DNA of 64,000 bases from Piromyces finnis finn (GCA_002104945.1 MCFH01000005.1:372001-436000); one strand, 5' to 3'. Positions 40,158-54,960 are shown, counted from the first letter of the stretch. Numbers and translations are program-made. Notes: generated by a model from the letters alone, not told the origin.

Positions 40158-41609
40158 TAATAGTAATAATAATAATAATAAGGATAATAATAATGATAAT
40201 AAAAACAATTCATTATCACCTCTTGTTGGTTTCAATGATAATTTAGGTCAAACTAATAACCTTCAAATAATAAATCAAATAAATGAAATAGGAAATCCTG
40301 TTAATAACCAAACTTGTTTGCTTAATAATTCAAATTCATCAAGTAATACTGACAAAATATATAGTAGTATGAATAATCTTCATCCTACAATACCTTCAAA
40401 TAGTGCCTCTACAAAATATTCGGCTACCATTAGTAAACCAATAAATATCAGAAATCCAGAAAAACGTGATTATATCAGTGCGTCATATAATAATCGATTA
40501 ATTCCAAATACACCATCATCTTCTTTCTCTTCATACTTTTCAACATCACCAAATTCATATTTCTCTGTAGGCGGATATAGTGGTACTAATATCCCAGCAG
40601 CTCCTAATAATTCTTATAGTTATGGTGTAAATTTTAAGAATAATTTAAATGTTAATAATTCAACTTCGTCAACAAATAAAAATATCGAATCATGGATTTC
40701 AAATAGTAATAATGCTAATGTAAAGACATTAGAACCACCATTAATTGAAGTACCAAGAACATGGTTTTTTCCAAAAGATGAAATTTCTAAGAATTCGGAG
40801 ACAATTGTTCTTCCTAAACGTTTCTTTAAAAATGAAATTCCTGAATGTTATGATAATCGTAAATATTAATATGATGTATCCTTTAATAAATATTTAACTG
40901 TAAATATTTAACTATTTGAATACTATATATAATTATTGAAATAGGTGATTTTATGGTTATGTCTTATAATATTCTGGCTCCAAGTTATTGTACAACTGAA
41001 AAATTTGAATTAACGAATCCAAAATATTTAGATTGGGAATATAGAAAAAAATTAATTTTAGATGAAATTGCATATTATCGTGCTGATATTATTTGCCTTC
41101 AAGTAAAGTTCTATTTTTTATTTATATTTAATATTTGTTCCAAATTGTATTACCATTCTTTTGTTATTTTTCTTATTAATATTTTATTTATTTATATACT
41201 ATTTTTTAAAATAGGAAGTATCTCCTTATGATTTCAATACTTGGCTTTTCCCACAATTACAAAAACTTGGTTATGATGGTTTATATCAACCAAAGAAAAA
41301 GAAGAATTCATTTGATGGATGTGCAACATTTTATTGCCATAGCAAGTAAGTCATGTTTATGTTTTTTTTTATATGTATAATATTAAAATTAGTTTGTTAA
41401 ATGGGTGATATTAATATATAAAATAATTAGATTCCAATTATTGATTGTACAAGCTTTCCGTTACAATGATATTTCTTTAACAGAGGAAAAGGAAAACGTA
41501 GAAAATAAATTAGAAAATAAAAATGTTGATTCTAAGGAAAAGTCAGGTGAGAATGGAACATCTAATGAAGAGAAAAATAAAAAGGAAAGTGAAAATAACA
41601 ACCTTAATA

Positions 41610-41649
<40 letters not shown>

Positions 41650-43051
41650 TAATAAGAATTCAAAATATAATCAAGTAACAGTAAATACTACGCCAGATCC
41701 AAGTATCTTTATATCAAGTAGGAAACAAAGTAACAGTGGAAGAAAAATTGATTTAACAAAAGAATTATTAAATGTTAATCCAGATCTTAATGTTAAAGAT
41801 CAAGAATCTTTTATTCGTGATACAACATTAAGAGTTAAGCCTTTCAGTAATGTTGCATTAATTGCTATTTTTAGAAATAAATTTACTAATTCCCGTTTAA
41901 GAGTAGTAAATACTCATTTTCATTGGGATCCAGTTTATGCTGATACCAAATTGCTACAAGCTTCTATTTTAATGGATTGGCTTTCTAAATCTTATCAACA
42001 CCCAACTGTTGTATGTGGTGACTTAAATTCAAAGAACGGTGACCCAGTTATGAATTATATTCTAAATGGAAAAATTGATACTGGAAATTTCCTTGGAAGA
42101 AACTTTGGAAAATTTACAAAAGATAAATATTTATATCATAATAATGGACTACAAGAATCTTATCAGGCTTCAGATATTCCGTTTACTAATCGCACACCTG
42201 ACTTCTGTGGAACTATAGACCATATTCTTTATACAAATGAAAGTTTAAAACTTCGTAATGTTTTATGCGGCACAGTAGACCAAAATCGTTATCTTAATGA
42301 AATTAAAAGTTTACCAAATAAATGGTTCCCAAGTGATCACCTTTTACTTCTTTCTGCATTCCGTGAATTAAGAGAACCTCATCATCGTAGTAGAAGAGAC
42401 TCATTTTCTTACAATAATTATTCCTCTAGTGCACCAGTTCGCCATTCTTCATATTTAAATGACCAGAGTTATAATAGAGTTTCAATAAATGCTAAAAATA
42501 AGAATAACAATAATAATATTAATTTTAACTATTCTAATTCATATTCTACAAGTAATAATGTTAATAATAATACATCTAATAATATGATGTCATCATCATA
42601 TAATTCAAATCATGTTTATTCTTCTTCAATTCCAAATAATGCTCGTAATAATCATTATAAAGGAAATTCTAATATCGATTTTTTTAATCCAAATAATAGT
42701 TCGTACAAACAAAAATCTATTTTATCCACATCTATTTCATCGTCACTTCATTCCTTAAACAATAACGCTAATGCGAATAACAATGGTAATTGTAATGATG
42801 CAAATAATAAAATGAAAACAGGTGAAAATAGCAATATCAGTAAGAAAGGGATAATCACAACAAATGATTCAAATAATTCCACAAAAAATAGTACATCAAA
42901 TTATAGTAAATCAGAAACTTTTAAAAAATCATCACCTATTTTAATTAATAATAAAGGTAATCATAATTATCATCAGCACTATAATGGCCATTCTTATAAC
43001 AGCTTTAAGCATCAAAGCAATTATTTTGAAAAAGATTATAAAAAGAAATAA
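36574..43051 (+). CDS. CCR4/nocturnin-family EEP deadenylase with ~1290-aa Asn/Ser-rich N-terminal extension, ~1926 aa, 6 exons
   Basis: Exons 36574-36715, 36923-39112, 39320-40858, 40945-41102, 41215-41345, 41431-43051 total 5781 nt in frame. Catalytic motifs: MSYNILA, ADIICLQEV, DGCATFY, VNTHFHWDP, VCGDLNS, IDHILY, PSDHLLL. Confidence 0.9.
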
Positions 43052-43334
43052 GTAAAAAATTTATGAATTGAGCTATATATGTTTAAAATACAAAACAAAA
43101 CAACAACAAGAAACAACCAAAACAACCAAAAAAACCAAAAAAAAAAAACCAAAAAAAAAAAAAAAAAAAAAATAAAACAAAAAGAAAAAAACAAAACAAA
43201 ACAAAACGAAACAAAAAATAAAATAAAAATAAAAAATCAAAGCAAAACAAAAAACAAAAAACAGAAAATAATAATAATAATAGTTAATATCATAGTAACA
43301 TAGAAATATAAATATAATCATAGCAATTATTTCC

Positions 43335-43365
<31 letters not shown>

Positions 43366-44085
43366 AAAATTATATTAATATTTAATATTATTTTCTAATT
43401 ATGTATATTTTATATTTGTTTTAATACTACAAAATTATTATAATTATTTTTTTTAATTATACACGGAAAGTTTTTCTTTTAAAATATAAAAAAATAGTAA
43501 ATTGAAAAAAGTTATACTTTTTTATTATTGTAAATAAATAAATTTTACATAAAATAATTATAATAATACTCAAAACAACAATCACAACAAAAAATAATTG
43601 AACTAAATAAATTTTAACTTGAATATATTATATATTTTCTTTTATTTCTATTTTATTTTAAAATCTTGTAAATAATTATTCATAAAATAAATTCTTCACT
43701 CAATAAAAATTCATATTGCTTTACAAAATACTTAAAACATATACTCCTGAATCCATCCATACCTTCATCCCTTTTTATATACCATTTAGATCATTAACCA
43801 TTTTTTCCACGTTTTTAATTTATTTTCCTTTTAATCATATATCGTCATTCCAAAATACATTATCATTATATTATCTTCTATTTCTTGAATCATTTTATCA
43901 ATCCATTATTCTCACTTGATTAAATATAAACTACTCCACTTTAACTTTCAACACACAATATGTAAAAATTATAAATAATTCATTTAATTTTTTTTTTATA
44001 TTTAAGTTTTATTACGACATTGTATTTATATATTCTACAATGATCATTACTTTCTTGCCAATTTAATGAGCAACTAGATTTAACC

Positions 44086-44885
44086 TTAAGCACCTATTAA
44101 TTATTAAAATATTATTTATTAATATTTTTTTACAATTATATATCTATCATACATAAAAACTAAATATTTTATTTACCCTTCTTCTTGGCGACACCAACAG
44201 TACGACCACGACGACCAGTGGTCTTAGTGTGTTGACCTCTGACCTTAATACCCCAGTAGTGACGAAGACCACGGTGAGATCTGATCTTCTTTAAACGTTC
44301 AAGATCTTCACGAAGCTTGTTATCTAAGTTGTTAGCTAAGAGTTGGGAGTAAGTACCGTCAACAACATCCTTTTGTCTGTTAAGGAACCAGTTTGGAATC
44401 TTGTATTGGGTTGGGTTTTGGAGAATAGTTACAACACGTTCTAATTCTTCATTAGATAATTCACCAGCACTATAATATATAATACATTATTTTATTAGAT
44501 AATTTATTCACACTAATAATAGTTAAATGTTTTTAAAATTTACCGCTTGGTAAGGTCGATTTCAGCCTTCTTACAAACGATGTTAGCGTAACGTCTACCA
44601 CAACCACGGATAGAGGTTAAAGCAAATTGAAGCTTTTGCTTACCGTCAATGTTAGTGTTAAGAAGACGAAGAATGTGTTGGAAAGAGTTTTTGTCAGATA
44701 CGACGATGGACTAATTATAGAATTTAAATCATATATAAAATATAATTATATAACATTAGATTTTAATGAATTTATATATTCATCCATCAATTTAATTCTA
44801 AGAACACTTAAAATAATTATTACACATAAAAAACAATAATTTATAATAAATTCAACATTTCATCATTTTAACTCAAACATACCAT
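44086..44885 (-). CDS. RPS18: 40S ribosomal protein S18 (uS13)
   Basis: ATG-only first exon (44885-44883), then [17 protein letters not shown]...[12 protein letters not shown]...[12 protein letters not shown]...[42 protein letters not shown]. Strong high-expression codon bias (cgt, aag, ggt). Confidence 0.97.
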
Positions 44886-46295
44886 ATTGTAACACTTCTC
44901 AAATAAAAGAGAGTATTAAAAAATTTTATAATCAAATCTCATTTTGATAGTACACCGTTTGTATCAATTTATTGATTGGATAATATCAAAATATATCACA
45001 TGATATAAAATATGAAATGAAGATGAATAAATTTCTTAATAAAATGTACAAATATAATTGTAATATAATTAATGTATACATATCATAATAATGTATTATT
45101 ACTTTATATTTTTATATCAGTTAATATAGAGATTGTAGTTTTAGAAAGTTAAATTCTTTTAAAAGTTAATTATAATCTAATATTTATACAGTCCTTTTTA
45201 TATTTCAGTATTGGTATTATATATAAGAAAGAATTTAAATTTTTATGTGTTAAAAATTTAGATTGTAATAAAAAGATTAATTGAAATGCTACGAAATATA
45301 CATAATTATTTTATTTTTCTGGATTAATAAGACTTTAAATTAAAGAAATTAGAATTATCGTAATTATTAATTTTAATTGTTAATTATTATAGATGAATTC
45401 TAAATAAGATAAGAAAATGTTTAATACTAATAATAATTATATTCTCATACAATATAGTTAGTAATAATAATTAAATCTTTTTAATAATTTTGGTAAATAT
45501 CCTATATTCACTATTTGTTTTTGTTTTTAAAAGCTTGTGGAAATATTCTAAGAATAATCAACATTTATAATATAAAATAATATTAAAAGATACTTCAAAA
45601 ATATCATTTAACATATTTTTTAAATTATTAATTTATATTATTTAATTTACGGATCTAAAATTAATATTATATTGATTTAGTTTCATAAATCGTTAATATA
45701 CATATATTTGTGACTCTCATTATTTATTAACATAAAAACAAAATAATAATAATAATAAATGTTATTTTCTTTACTTTATTTCTTTCTTCTATTTCATATA
45801 TATAAAACTATATTTATAAAATAACAATTATGAATAAAATTACTTTATATTCATATTCTTTATATAGAAATTTTTTTTAAAGTTTACAATTATATTTTTA
45901 TTTATTTATTTATTTTAATTTTTAATGAAATGATTAATTAAGCTTTCTTCTTTTATATGTTTCATTAGAATTATTTACATTAATGTCTTTAGTTAAAGAC
46001 AAAACTAAATTTGCCATAGCTGGCGTTGAATTTAACATTTCTATTAATATTATTAAATTCATTAGTATGTTAAAATAAAAATTAGTAAAAATATATAAAT
46101 AAAAATATTTATTTCATATTTATTTTATTATACCAATATTTAGTTCATTATCTGATCTTGTAAAAAATAAAATGTTTATAATTTAAAAATTTATATAAAT
46201 ATTGTTTATTGTATAATATGAAAAATATGTTGGTTTTTCATTTAAATTTAATTTAATAATAATAGAATTTAGATTTATAATATATTTATAATTCA

Positions 46296-48078
46296 TTATA
46301 ATTTTTCATCATTAGTTTCAGAAAATGAAGAAGGGGACGATATTGAAGAATTCATCAATGTAATGATTGATGACGTTGGAGCAGTAGGAATTTGATTTAT
46401 TGGAAGTATTGAAGTAGTAGTGTTAGAAGAAGAAATAGTAGTGGTTTTAGTATGAAGATTTAATGGATTAATGGTGGTGGCTGCATTATTATCTGAATCC
46501 ATATTATGTGATGAACTGATAAGACAAAGCCTATCATTTTTTTCATCATTCAATAAATTTTTTCTATTAATAACAGCAATAGAAGTAGTACTACTTTCAC
46601 TATCATTTGTAGTACCACTGCTACTACCAACACCTTTAAAATGATTACTATGATTATTAAAAGAATTATTTAAATTACCACTACCAAAAGGACTAACATT
46701 TATAGTAGGTGAAGCTGTTGAAGTTATTGTTGATAAGCCTAAAGATGTTGTTGATTTTGTGTTTCTTATATGGTTTCCTCTATTATTACTATTTGAACCT
46801 TCATATAGTAGACGCTTTAACTTTATTTCTTCCATTCTTACTTCTGCTTCAAAACGTCTTATTTCTAATTCTTTTGAATATAATTCTAATTTTTTCTCTT
46901 TTAATCGCATTTTAATTTCGAACATTTTTTTCTTTTTATCCATTTGCCTTTCTCTACTTTGAATCTTCTTATCATATAATCTTTCTTTTAATAATAATAT
47001 TTGTTCATTATTAGTATTGCTTATGGAACTAGACGCTTTACTTAATATTAAGTCACTATTTTGTATAATTCTGCTATCAATGATTTGTAATAAGGAAGGA
47101 AGATTACTATCTACTAAAAGTTGACTTATGTTGCTTGCTTTTCTTATATTTCGTTTATTATGAATTTCTTTAAATTTCATAAAAATTATAGCATTATAGT
47201 TTATAAAAAAAAAAAAAGAAAAAAGAAAAAAGAAAAAAAAGAAAAAAAAAAAAAGAAAGAAATAAAAAAAGAAAGAAAGAAAGAAATTAAAAAAAAAAAA
47301 TAGTTAATAATAATAATACAATACTTTATTAAATTTCTATAAAAAAAAAAAAATTTATAAACTTGTAAAATTAATTTACCTAATTCATTTCCAAGATTAT
47401 TATGATTATTTATTGTTGCTGAATTAGTTAATCCATTGCGGCTTATACCAATACTATTCACATTATGTACATTATTTACTCCATTAATACTATTGACATC
47501 TATAGTAGACATATTTATATTATTGATATCCGAATGATCAATCGCTGTTGATATAGTAGTAGTAGTAGTATTTGAAGGTGTATTTGCTAAATCAACATTT
47601 AACGGTGATTGAACGACATTGATATAAGAACCAAAAATTTCATCCAAATCGTCATAGAATGGACAAGTTCTTTTTATTTTCTCTAAAATAATAATATTTA
47701 AAAAATATTATATAGTTTATAATATATGTATTATTAATGTTGAATATTTTCAAAATTAAATAGTAATTAATTACCTTCAGCTATAGCATAAGTTTCGGAA
47801 TCTTGAGCAGATACAGCCGTAAGATCCCAATTTGCTATTAGTTTTTGTTTTGTTTTTTTATAATTGCTTTCTAAACTAGCTAATTTATTTTTTATTTGGC
47901 GTTCCGTTTTCTGTTGCAAGAATTCACGCATTTTCTTAATGGCTGTCACTTTCTTTTTATTGAAAAAAAGGTCCATATTTTCTGGTTTTTTCAGCCATTG
48001 TAGTAGCATAGAAATTTCAGAATCAGACCATTTCATGTATTCAGCTGTTGTTGTAGTTGAAGTAAGTGGATTACTCAT
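46296..48078 (-). CDS. Myb/SANT-like (trihelix-type) DNA-binding protein with C-terminal coiled coil, 3 exons
   Basis: WSDSEISMLLQWL...KTERQIKNKLASLESNYKKTKQKL splices to KIKRTCPFYDDLDEIFGS, the typical Myb/SANT-like helix plus CPFY-LD-IFG tail. The last exon encodes an E/K/R coiled coil. The second intron boundaries are less certain. Confidence 0.75.
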
Positions 48079-51000
48079 AAGCTAATAAGTATATATTGAT
48101 TAAAAGATTTTAGTTAATAACTGAATTTATAATAATAATATAATATATCTCTTAATTATTACTTTTAAATCATTTGTTTTTTGACGACTAGAAGAAGCAA
48201 CCTTAATAATATAATGAATAAATATGAAATAAATAAATAGACATTTTATAACAAATTATATAATAAAGGAAAAAATTAAATTAAGATCTTATTTTTAATG
48301 ATTTTTACTAATACTAATTAATTTTTATAGCATGATTCTTTTAGTAATACATAAATAATTATTATATTGATATATTGCTTTTGATACTATTTTATTTTTT
48401 AATGAATAACTTTATAAAAATTAACTTATTGATTAGGTTTAAATATAAAGCATAAGCATAATTCATAATTATATGATTAAATTAATTTAAAATATATTGC
48501 TTTATATTGTAGTATTTCTGTTAATATATTATATTTAAGATTGAATAATTTTTTAAAAATTGTTTAATAAAAAAATTCATATATATTTTATATATATAAA
48601 TTTTATATATTTTATATGTAGTTATGTTTTTTCTTTTTCCTTTCCCTATTATTAAATATTAAATTAACTATTATTATGCTTTTATAAAATTTTTCTTATT
48701 TCATTTTATATTATTTACTTGTTTGCGCTTTTTTTTTTTTTTTTTTTTGATATTAATTACAATTATTTATAATACCTTTTTTTTATTTTTTTGAAAAGAA
48801 AAATAATTTAAATTGGCAAATATCATAATTTATATATTTTGCAATATTCATTTATTAATTAACTATAAACTACGCATAAAAATAGTTTATTAAAATTATA
48901 ATTAATTATAAAGATTTTTTTTATATATATAATTATTTAGGATTATTTCTATTTTTTCATAAAAATCATTAAAATCCAATTTTTCATTTTTTAAAAAAAA
49001 AAAAGGATTATTGTTATTAAATATATATAAATTTATGTAAATAATTTATAAATTCTAATAATTTATGTTAAAATATTGATTAAATACTTAAATAGTAATA
49101 AAACTTTAATTGTTTTGTGAATTATTTCTTAAATAATGATTGTAATTAATATCTAAAAAAATACTCTTTATATTTTAATGAAAAAATTAGACATTCTACT
49201 AATAGTAACAATAAAAGCTAAAATCGAATTGCTTGAGACAAAAAATATAAAGCATTTATTTTAAGAAGTATTGATTGTGATTAATATATTTTTCAATGTT
49301 TTGATTCATTATATCAATATATCAATATATTATTTAACTTTTTATATTCATATTAATTAATAATTTAAGTATTAAAAAGAAATCATTTTTGATTATTTAA
49401 TATATAATAAATTATTAAGTACAATGTTTTTAACCTGAACTAGCTGTGAATTAGATATGGTAGAAGAATTAGATGATTGAGGGATTAACTTTATAATATT
49501 AATATGAATATATATTAGTATAGGTCTTCTATAAATTTTATTATAATATATGTTATATATTTGTAATTATTCATTTCTAAAAAATATTATTAAGAACAAT
49601 TACATGTGATACAAAAAGATCAGACTTGGGTGAAAACTGTATAAATTTGAAAAGGAAAATGATTGGTATGTATACGTTTTAAAATATAATATTTATATAG
49701 AGAGTTAATGTATTAATATTTATAATATTTATACTATAATAGTTTTTTTTAATTATTAATCGTTTTTATTTACCATATAGTGTGTTTTAAAAATACAAAA
49801 AAAAAATATCAAAAATTAAAAAATAAATTTATAATTATTATACTTTTTTTGACCTAATTTATATATATCTTACATTATTCGATGAATGATGGCTTTGACC
49901 TGACGTAGCAGAAATGTTTTGCTAGAATTTTAATAATTACAAATTTTATAAAAAAAAAAAAAAAGAGAAAAATTAATTAATTCAAATAATTTGAATAATT
50001 ATAAATAAAAATCCAAAACTTTTATCAATCATATTTATTATAATAATATATGTAGAATATGTTAGATTTTTTTTTCATTTCTTTTTCTAAATTTATTTTG
50101 TTGAAAAAGATTTTTTGGATTAATAAAAATTTTTTAATCTTTTTGGATTAATTTCTTAATTTAATCTAAATTATTTGGATTATGATAAATTCTTGGTAAA
50201 TTTTTAATTTAAAAATTATTTTTATATTATACTATTTTCAATGTGATTATTGTAATAACTATAATTCCAATTTTTAACAATTCATTTTAACTTATTTTAA
50301 AATATTATCCATTTTTATTATTATTTATAAATAAGATATTAACAATAATTCATTCTTAGTAAAGTAATAAAAAAAAAAAAAAAAACTTATAAGCATTTTT
50401 TCTAAATCAATCGAATTGAATTCTATTAAAATAATTACCCGCGTGTCAGGCATGGTATAATTTTGTGTTAATTGGAATAATTGAGCCATAATTGTTCATT
50501 AAATCTAATAAAACTAAATATTTATATAAAGAAAAAAGAAAAAATAATAATTAGTTGATATGACATAAATTTATAAATAATAATTATAAAAGAACTTTTA
50601 TAATTAGTAGCAATTAATAAATATATATAATATAATAAAAAAAAACTTCTAATTTTTTTATATTAAACAGACAGTTATATAAATTGTTTGTTTGTATATA
50701 TAATATATTTTATAGTAATGCAAAAATGTGGATTTTATTACTAAAGTTAAAAATCTTGATTTATTCATTACATTCATTTTTTCATTATTATATAATGATA
50801 ATTCATTTACGTTTTGGCTTATAATGATAATAAATTATATTTCAATTGAAAATATATATATAATTATTTAATATCAATAACAATTTATTAGTATTCAAAA
50901 TAAATGTATATATATAATATTGGTATCTTTAATTCTACAATTAATAAAAATATTATTTGGTGCACTTCTTTTTCTAAAAATAATGTTATAATTTTATATT

Positions 51001-54000
51001 TCTTATTTTCAATACCACATTTTTGTTATAAAATTTAAAATTTTTTAATCTTTTAAACTTTCATTAATTTTCTAAAAGCTATTTAAAATGAAAACTTCTT
51101 AATTTATAATTTATATGTTAAATTGTTTGAAAATGTGAATAAAATACGAATTTAATTTTTATATTTTTCATTTTAACTCTATAGAAATCTAAAATTCAAT
51201 TGATTTATTTTGATAAACTGAATATCATTCGTCAATTGATTTAAATATTATGTTTAAAATTAATTTTAAAAATTAATTTTATTTTAATAGACTCTATTAT
51301 TTAATATACTTCAATATTTAAGTATAATTCTGGTTTATCTGATATATATTATATTTATTGTAATTATAATGTTGATTATATATCCATTAATTAAAATAAA
51401 TTTAATATATCGGCGTTTGATAATAAATGATATCCAAATGTTTCTTAAAAACCTACTATTTATTTAAAAAAATTTCTTTATATAAAAATTTAAATTGCTC
51501 TTATTGAATTCATAACTCACATTCATATTTGTTGTGATATAAATATGAGTGAGGGTTATGAAAAAATATTAAAATGAAATAATTTCTTGGAAATGTTTGG
51601 TATTTTTTATTTTCATTATTTAAAATTGGTTTTATTCAATTAATTTCTAATAACAGATATCATTCATTATAAATATGACAATAGAAGTAGTATAAAAATT
51701 AAGTTTTATTACATTCTCTTTATATTAAAATAAAATGTCTAATATAATATTATTTTCACTTATTATCAATTTTTATATTTTATGCAATGGATAAGTCTTT
51801 ACTTTATTCTCATTATATTAAAAGTAAAATATATTTAGCATAATGTTTTTCATATTGATATCTGAGTTTTTGTTTCATTTTCTTTATATATTAAAACAAA
51901 ATAGTATTATTTTTTCTTATTAATTTTTATACAATAGTTTAAATGAATAGTTATCACTGTTTTTCTTTTCTAACTACTTACAATTTATTTATTAGTTATT
52001 TCATTATATTAAATGAAATTTATAGCATACTTAATATATATAAATAACTTTATTCAGCCTATAACCTTTTTATAATATTCATAAATAAAACTTTTTATTT
52101 TAATTTATTTTTATCAAGTATTGATATTACGTATAAACTTAATCACTACTAAACTTCACTATTTTTATCTATAAATTAAATTTTAATTCATTTTACTTAC
52201 AAAAGTGTCTTTTACAAAAGTTGAAAAAAAAAGTGTGGATTTAATATTAACAATTAATTTGAAATATTATGGTTAAACTTGAAGTTTAATCCAATTACAT
52301 ATTGATTATAGTAAAAAATTGTTGGTTTAGTTTTAATTTTAATCAATTGTTGAAAACTTGTTCTTAGAAATTAAAAACGTTAATATTATAAATTAACATT
52401 AGTCTTTTTTATTAAAATAAAATAAAAAAAAATCTTTTTAGAAATTTACATTTACTTTTCTTTTTTTTAAAATATATATATTTAAATTTTCTTTTATAAA
52501 ATATTAAATATATAACAACTTATTAATAAAAACTACATTTTAAAAAAATAAAAAAGGAAAATAATGAAATATAAAACTTTATAAAGAATTTATAAAAAAA
52601 AAAAAAAAAAAAAGAGAGAGAGAAAAAAAAATAAAAATGGAATAATCCTTCATGTCTTTAATAAGCATACTAATTAAAATGGCATAACTAAAACTATATA
52701 TGTTATATATTATTTTAATAATAAATAGAATAATATATTATATAATTTATTTATGTTTATAATCTTATATTTTATTTTTAAGGTTTTTTATAAAATTCAA
52801 TCTTTATTTTATTGAAGCTATATATAAGATTATTTACTTCAATATATAGATTTTTATAGCAATTTCTAATAGATTATTTATTAACAATATATTTTATATA
52901 TATTATTGTAATGACAAATGTATGCAGGCATGTATTAAAGTTGGTAATATATAGTATACTATAAATATATTATAATATTGAATATCATAAAAAATACTTT
53001 ATATTGAAATCAAAATTTTTAATATATTATATATTAATGTATATTATAAATTTATTGTAAATTCAATCTTACATAAATATTGATATAAAAATAATCGAAA
53101 ATATATAGATATAATATATTGCTTTGTATATTGTTAATTAATAATTTAGTTTTTTAAACATATATTAAATATAGCTAGTAGAATGTAAAACTTTTAATAT
53201 ATAATTATAATTGTCTTAATCCATGTTCTATAAGATCATAAATAATAATTTCAAGATTATATATTAAAATATATTAATAAATAGGCATTAGTACTATATC
53301 ATTTAATATTATTTAATATATTGTTTTTATGAAAATTAAATATAATTATTACCACTTAAAAATTAAAACTATAGACTATTAAAAAAACGTATTAATTTCC
53401 ATCTATATATATATATATATATATATAAAAGACTAAGTAAATATGACAGGTTAATTTAATAGTGATAATAAAATAATACCAAGTAATATATGTTACTTAA
53501 TTTATATAAATTATATATAAAAATTGATTTTGAAATAAACAAAAAACTAAAAGTTAAGAAAAGTTTTTTATAAAAATTAATAAAAATAATTGTTTTTTTG
53601 ATCGAGTAATTATTAAATGATCTTAGTATGATCGAAAATGAAAGTAATTAGTCATAAATTTATGTCTTTATTTCATAAATTTTTAGATAAAATATTCAGA
53701 AATTTCGGATAATTGAAATCTGAATTATAAATAACTTAAAGAATTTCATCTTGAAAATACTAAATATGTAATGTAATATTAATATAAATTAAATTTGCAC
53801 ATGATGATCTTTTTAATTTTTTTGTTCGAAAAATTAATTTATAAAATATAACTTTTTTCTCTTTTTCATGCTTTTACATTAAAAATATGCTTTATATCTT
53901 TTTCTATTATTATTTATTATAATCCAACTTGAAACAAAAATTATAATTTATTATATTTTCCATAATTATTTAATATTTTTTACTTATATATTAAATATAA

Positions 54001-54960
54001 TAAGTTAATAAGTAATCTACATCTATTTAATATACTATTAAAATTAATAATATAATATTAAGAGCATTAAAAAGCATTTTATTTTAACAAATGTCGATAT
54101 TACAATAAAACATTTTCTTTAAAAAAAAATGACTAATTGATTATCATAATAATTTTTTTTTGAATTATTTTATTTTTGAAAAAAAAATATATAGACTAAG
54201 ATTCTATTTTTTAATATTTTTATAATATAATGATATTGTAAAAAAAAAAATTAAAGTAAAAAGAACTAAATTTATTTAAATATGATAATGATGATTTTAT
54301 TATAAAAGAAAATGAAAGAAAATTTGATTAATTTATTTGAACACTAAATTTTCAATAATTATAGTATATTCAATATTTTTAATTTTTTGAAAAAATAAGT
54401 ATTTATATATTTATTATATTATTATATTGATTAAATATATTAATTTAGTATATAATGAAATATTTCAAAAAATTAATTTTAGTTTTTTATTATAATTTAA
54501 AAATTAATAAAAACCATACACTATAAACATCTAAAATTTTATTAGCATATGAATGGATACAAATCAATGTCAAAACAGCGTAGATCATTTTATTATGTTT
54601 TATTAAGGTCACTTGATAATATACTAATCTTAATAGTATAAATTTCAAATATTTACTCTATTTCTATATATCAATAATTAAAGAAAGGAAATATAATTGT
54701 TTAGTAGAAATTAATTTAAGTATTTATAAATAAAATATTTTCTAAAAAAATTCAATAAAATAACTATTTAATAAAATTTAATAAAAGCAAACTTAATAAA
54801 AATTCTAATAAAAATTTTTCAATTAATTCTTGGCTTAATTTTTGCATATATTAACTTAATTGAGATCACATAACTATATATTATAATATAATACCAAATT
54901 TTTATATAAATAAAATAAATTAAAAATTTTGTTTCTTATATAGATTATATTAATTAAATT

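Noticed and set aside
43073-43336. Lys-rich and Phe-rich ORFs after the CCR4-like stop; similar ORFs at 10264, 35602 and 47121
   Set aside because: Poly-A/T-rich UTR or intergenic sequence.
44711-44882. C/D snoRNA in RPS18 intron 1 (ATGATGA box)
   Set aside because: No terminal CTGA D box or terminal stem. ATGATGA is common at this AT content.
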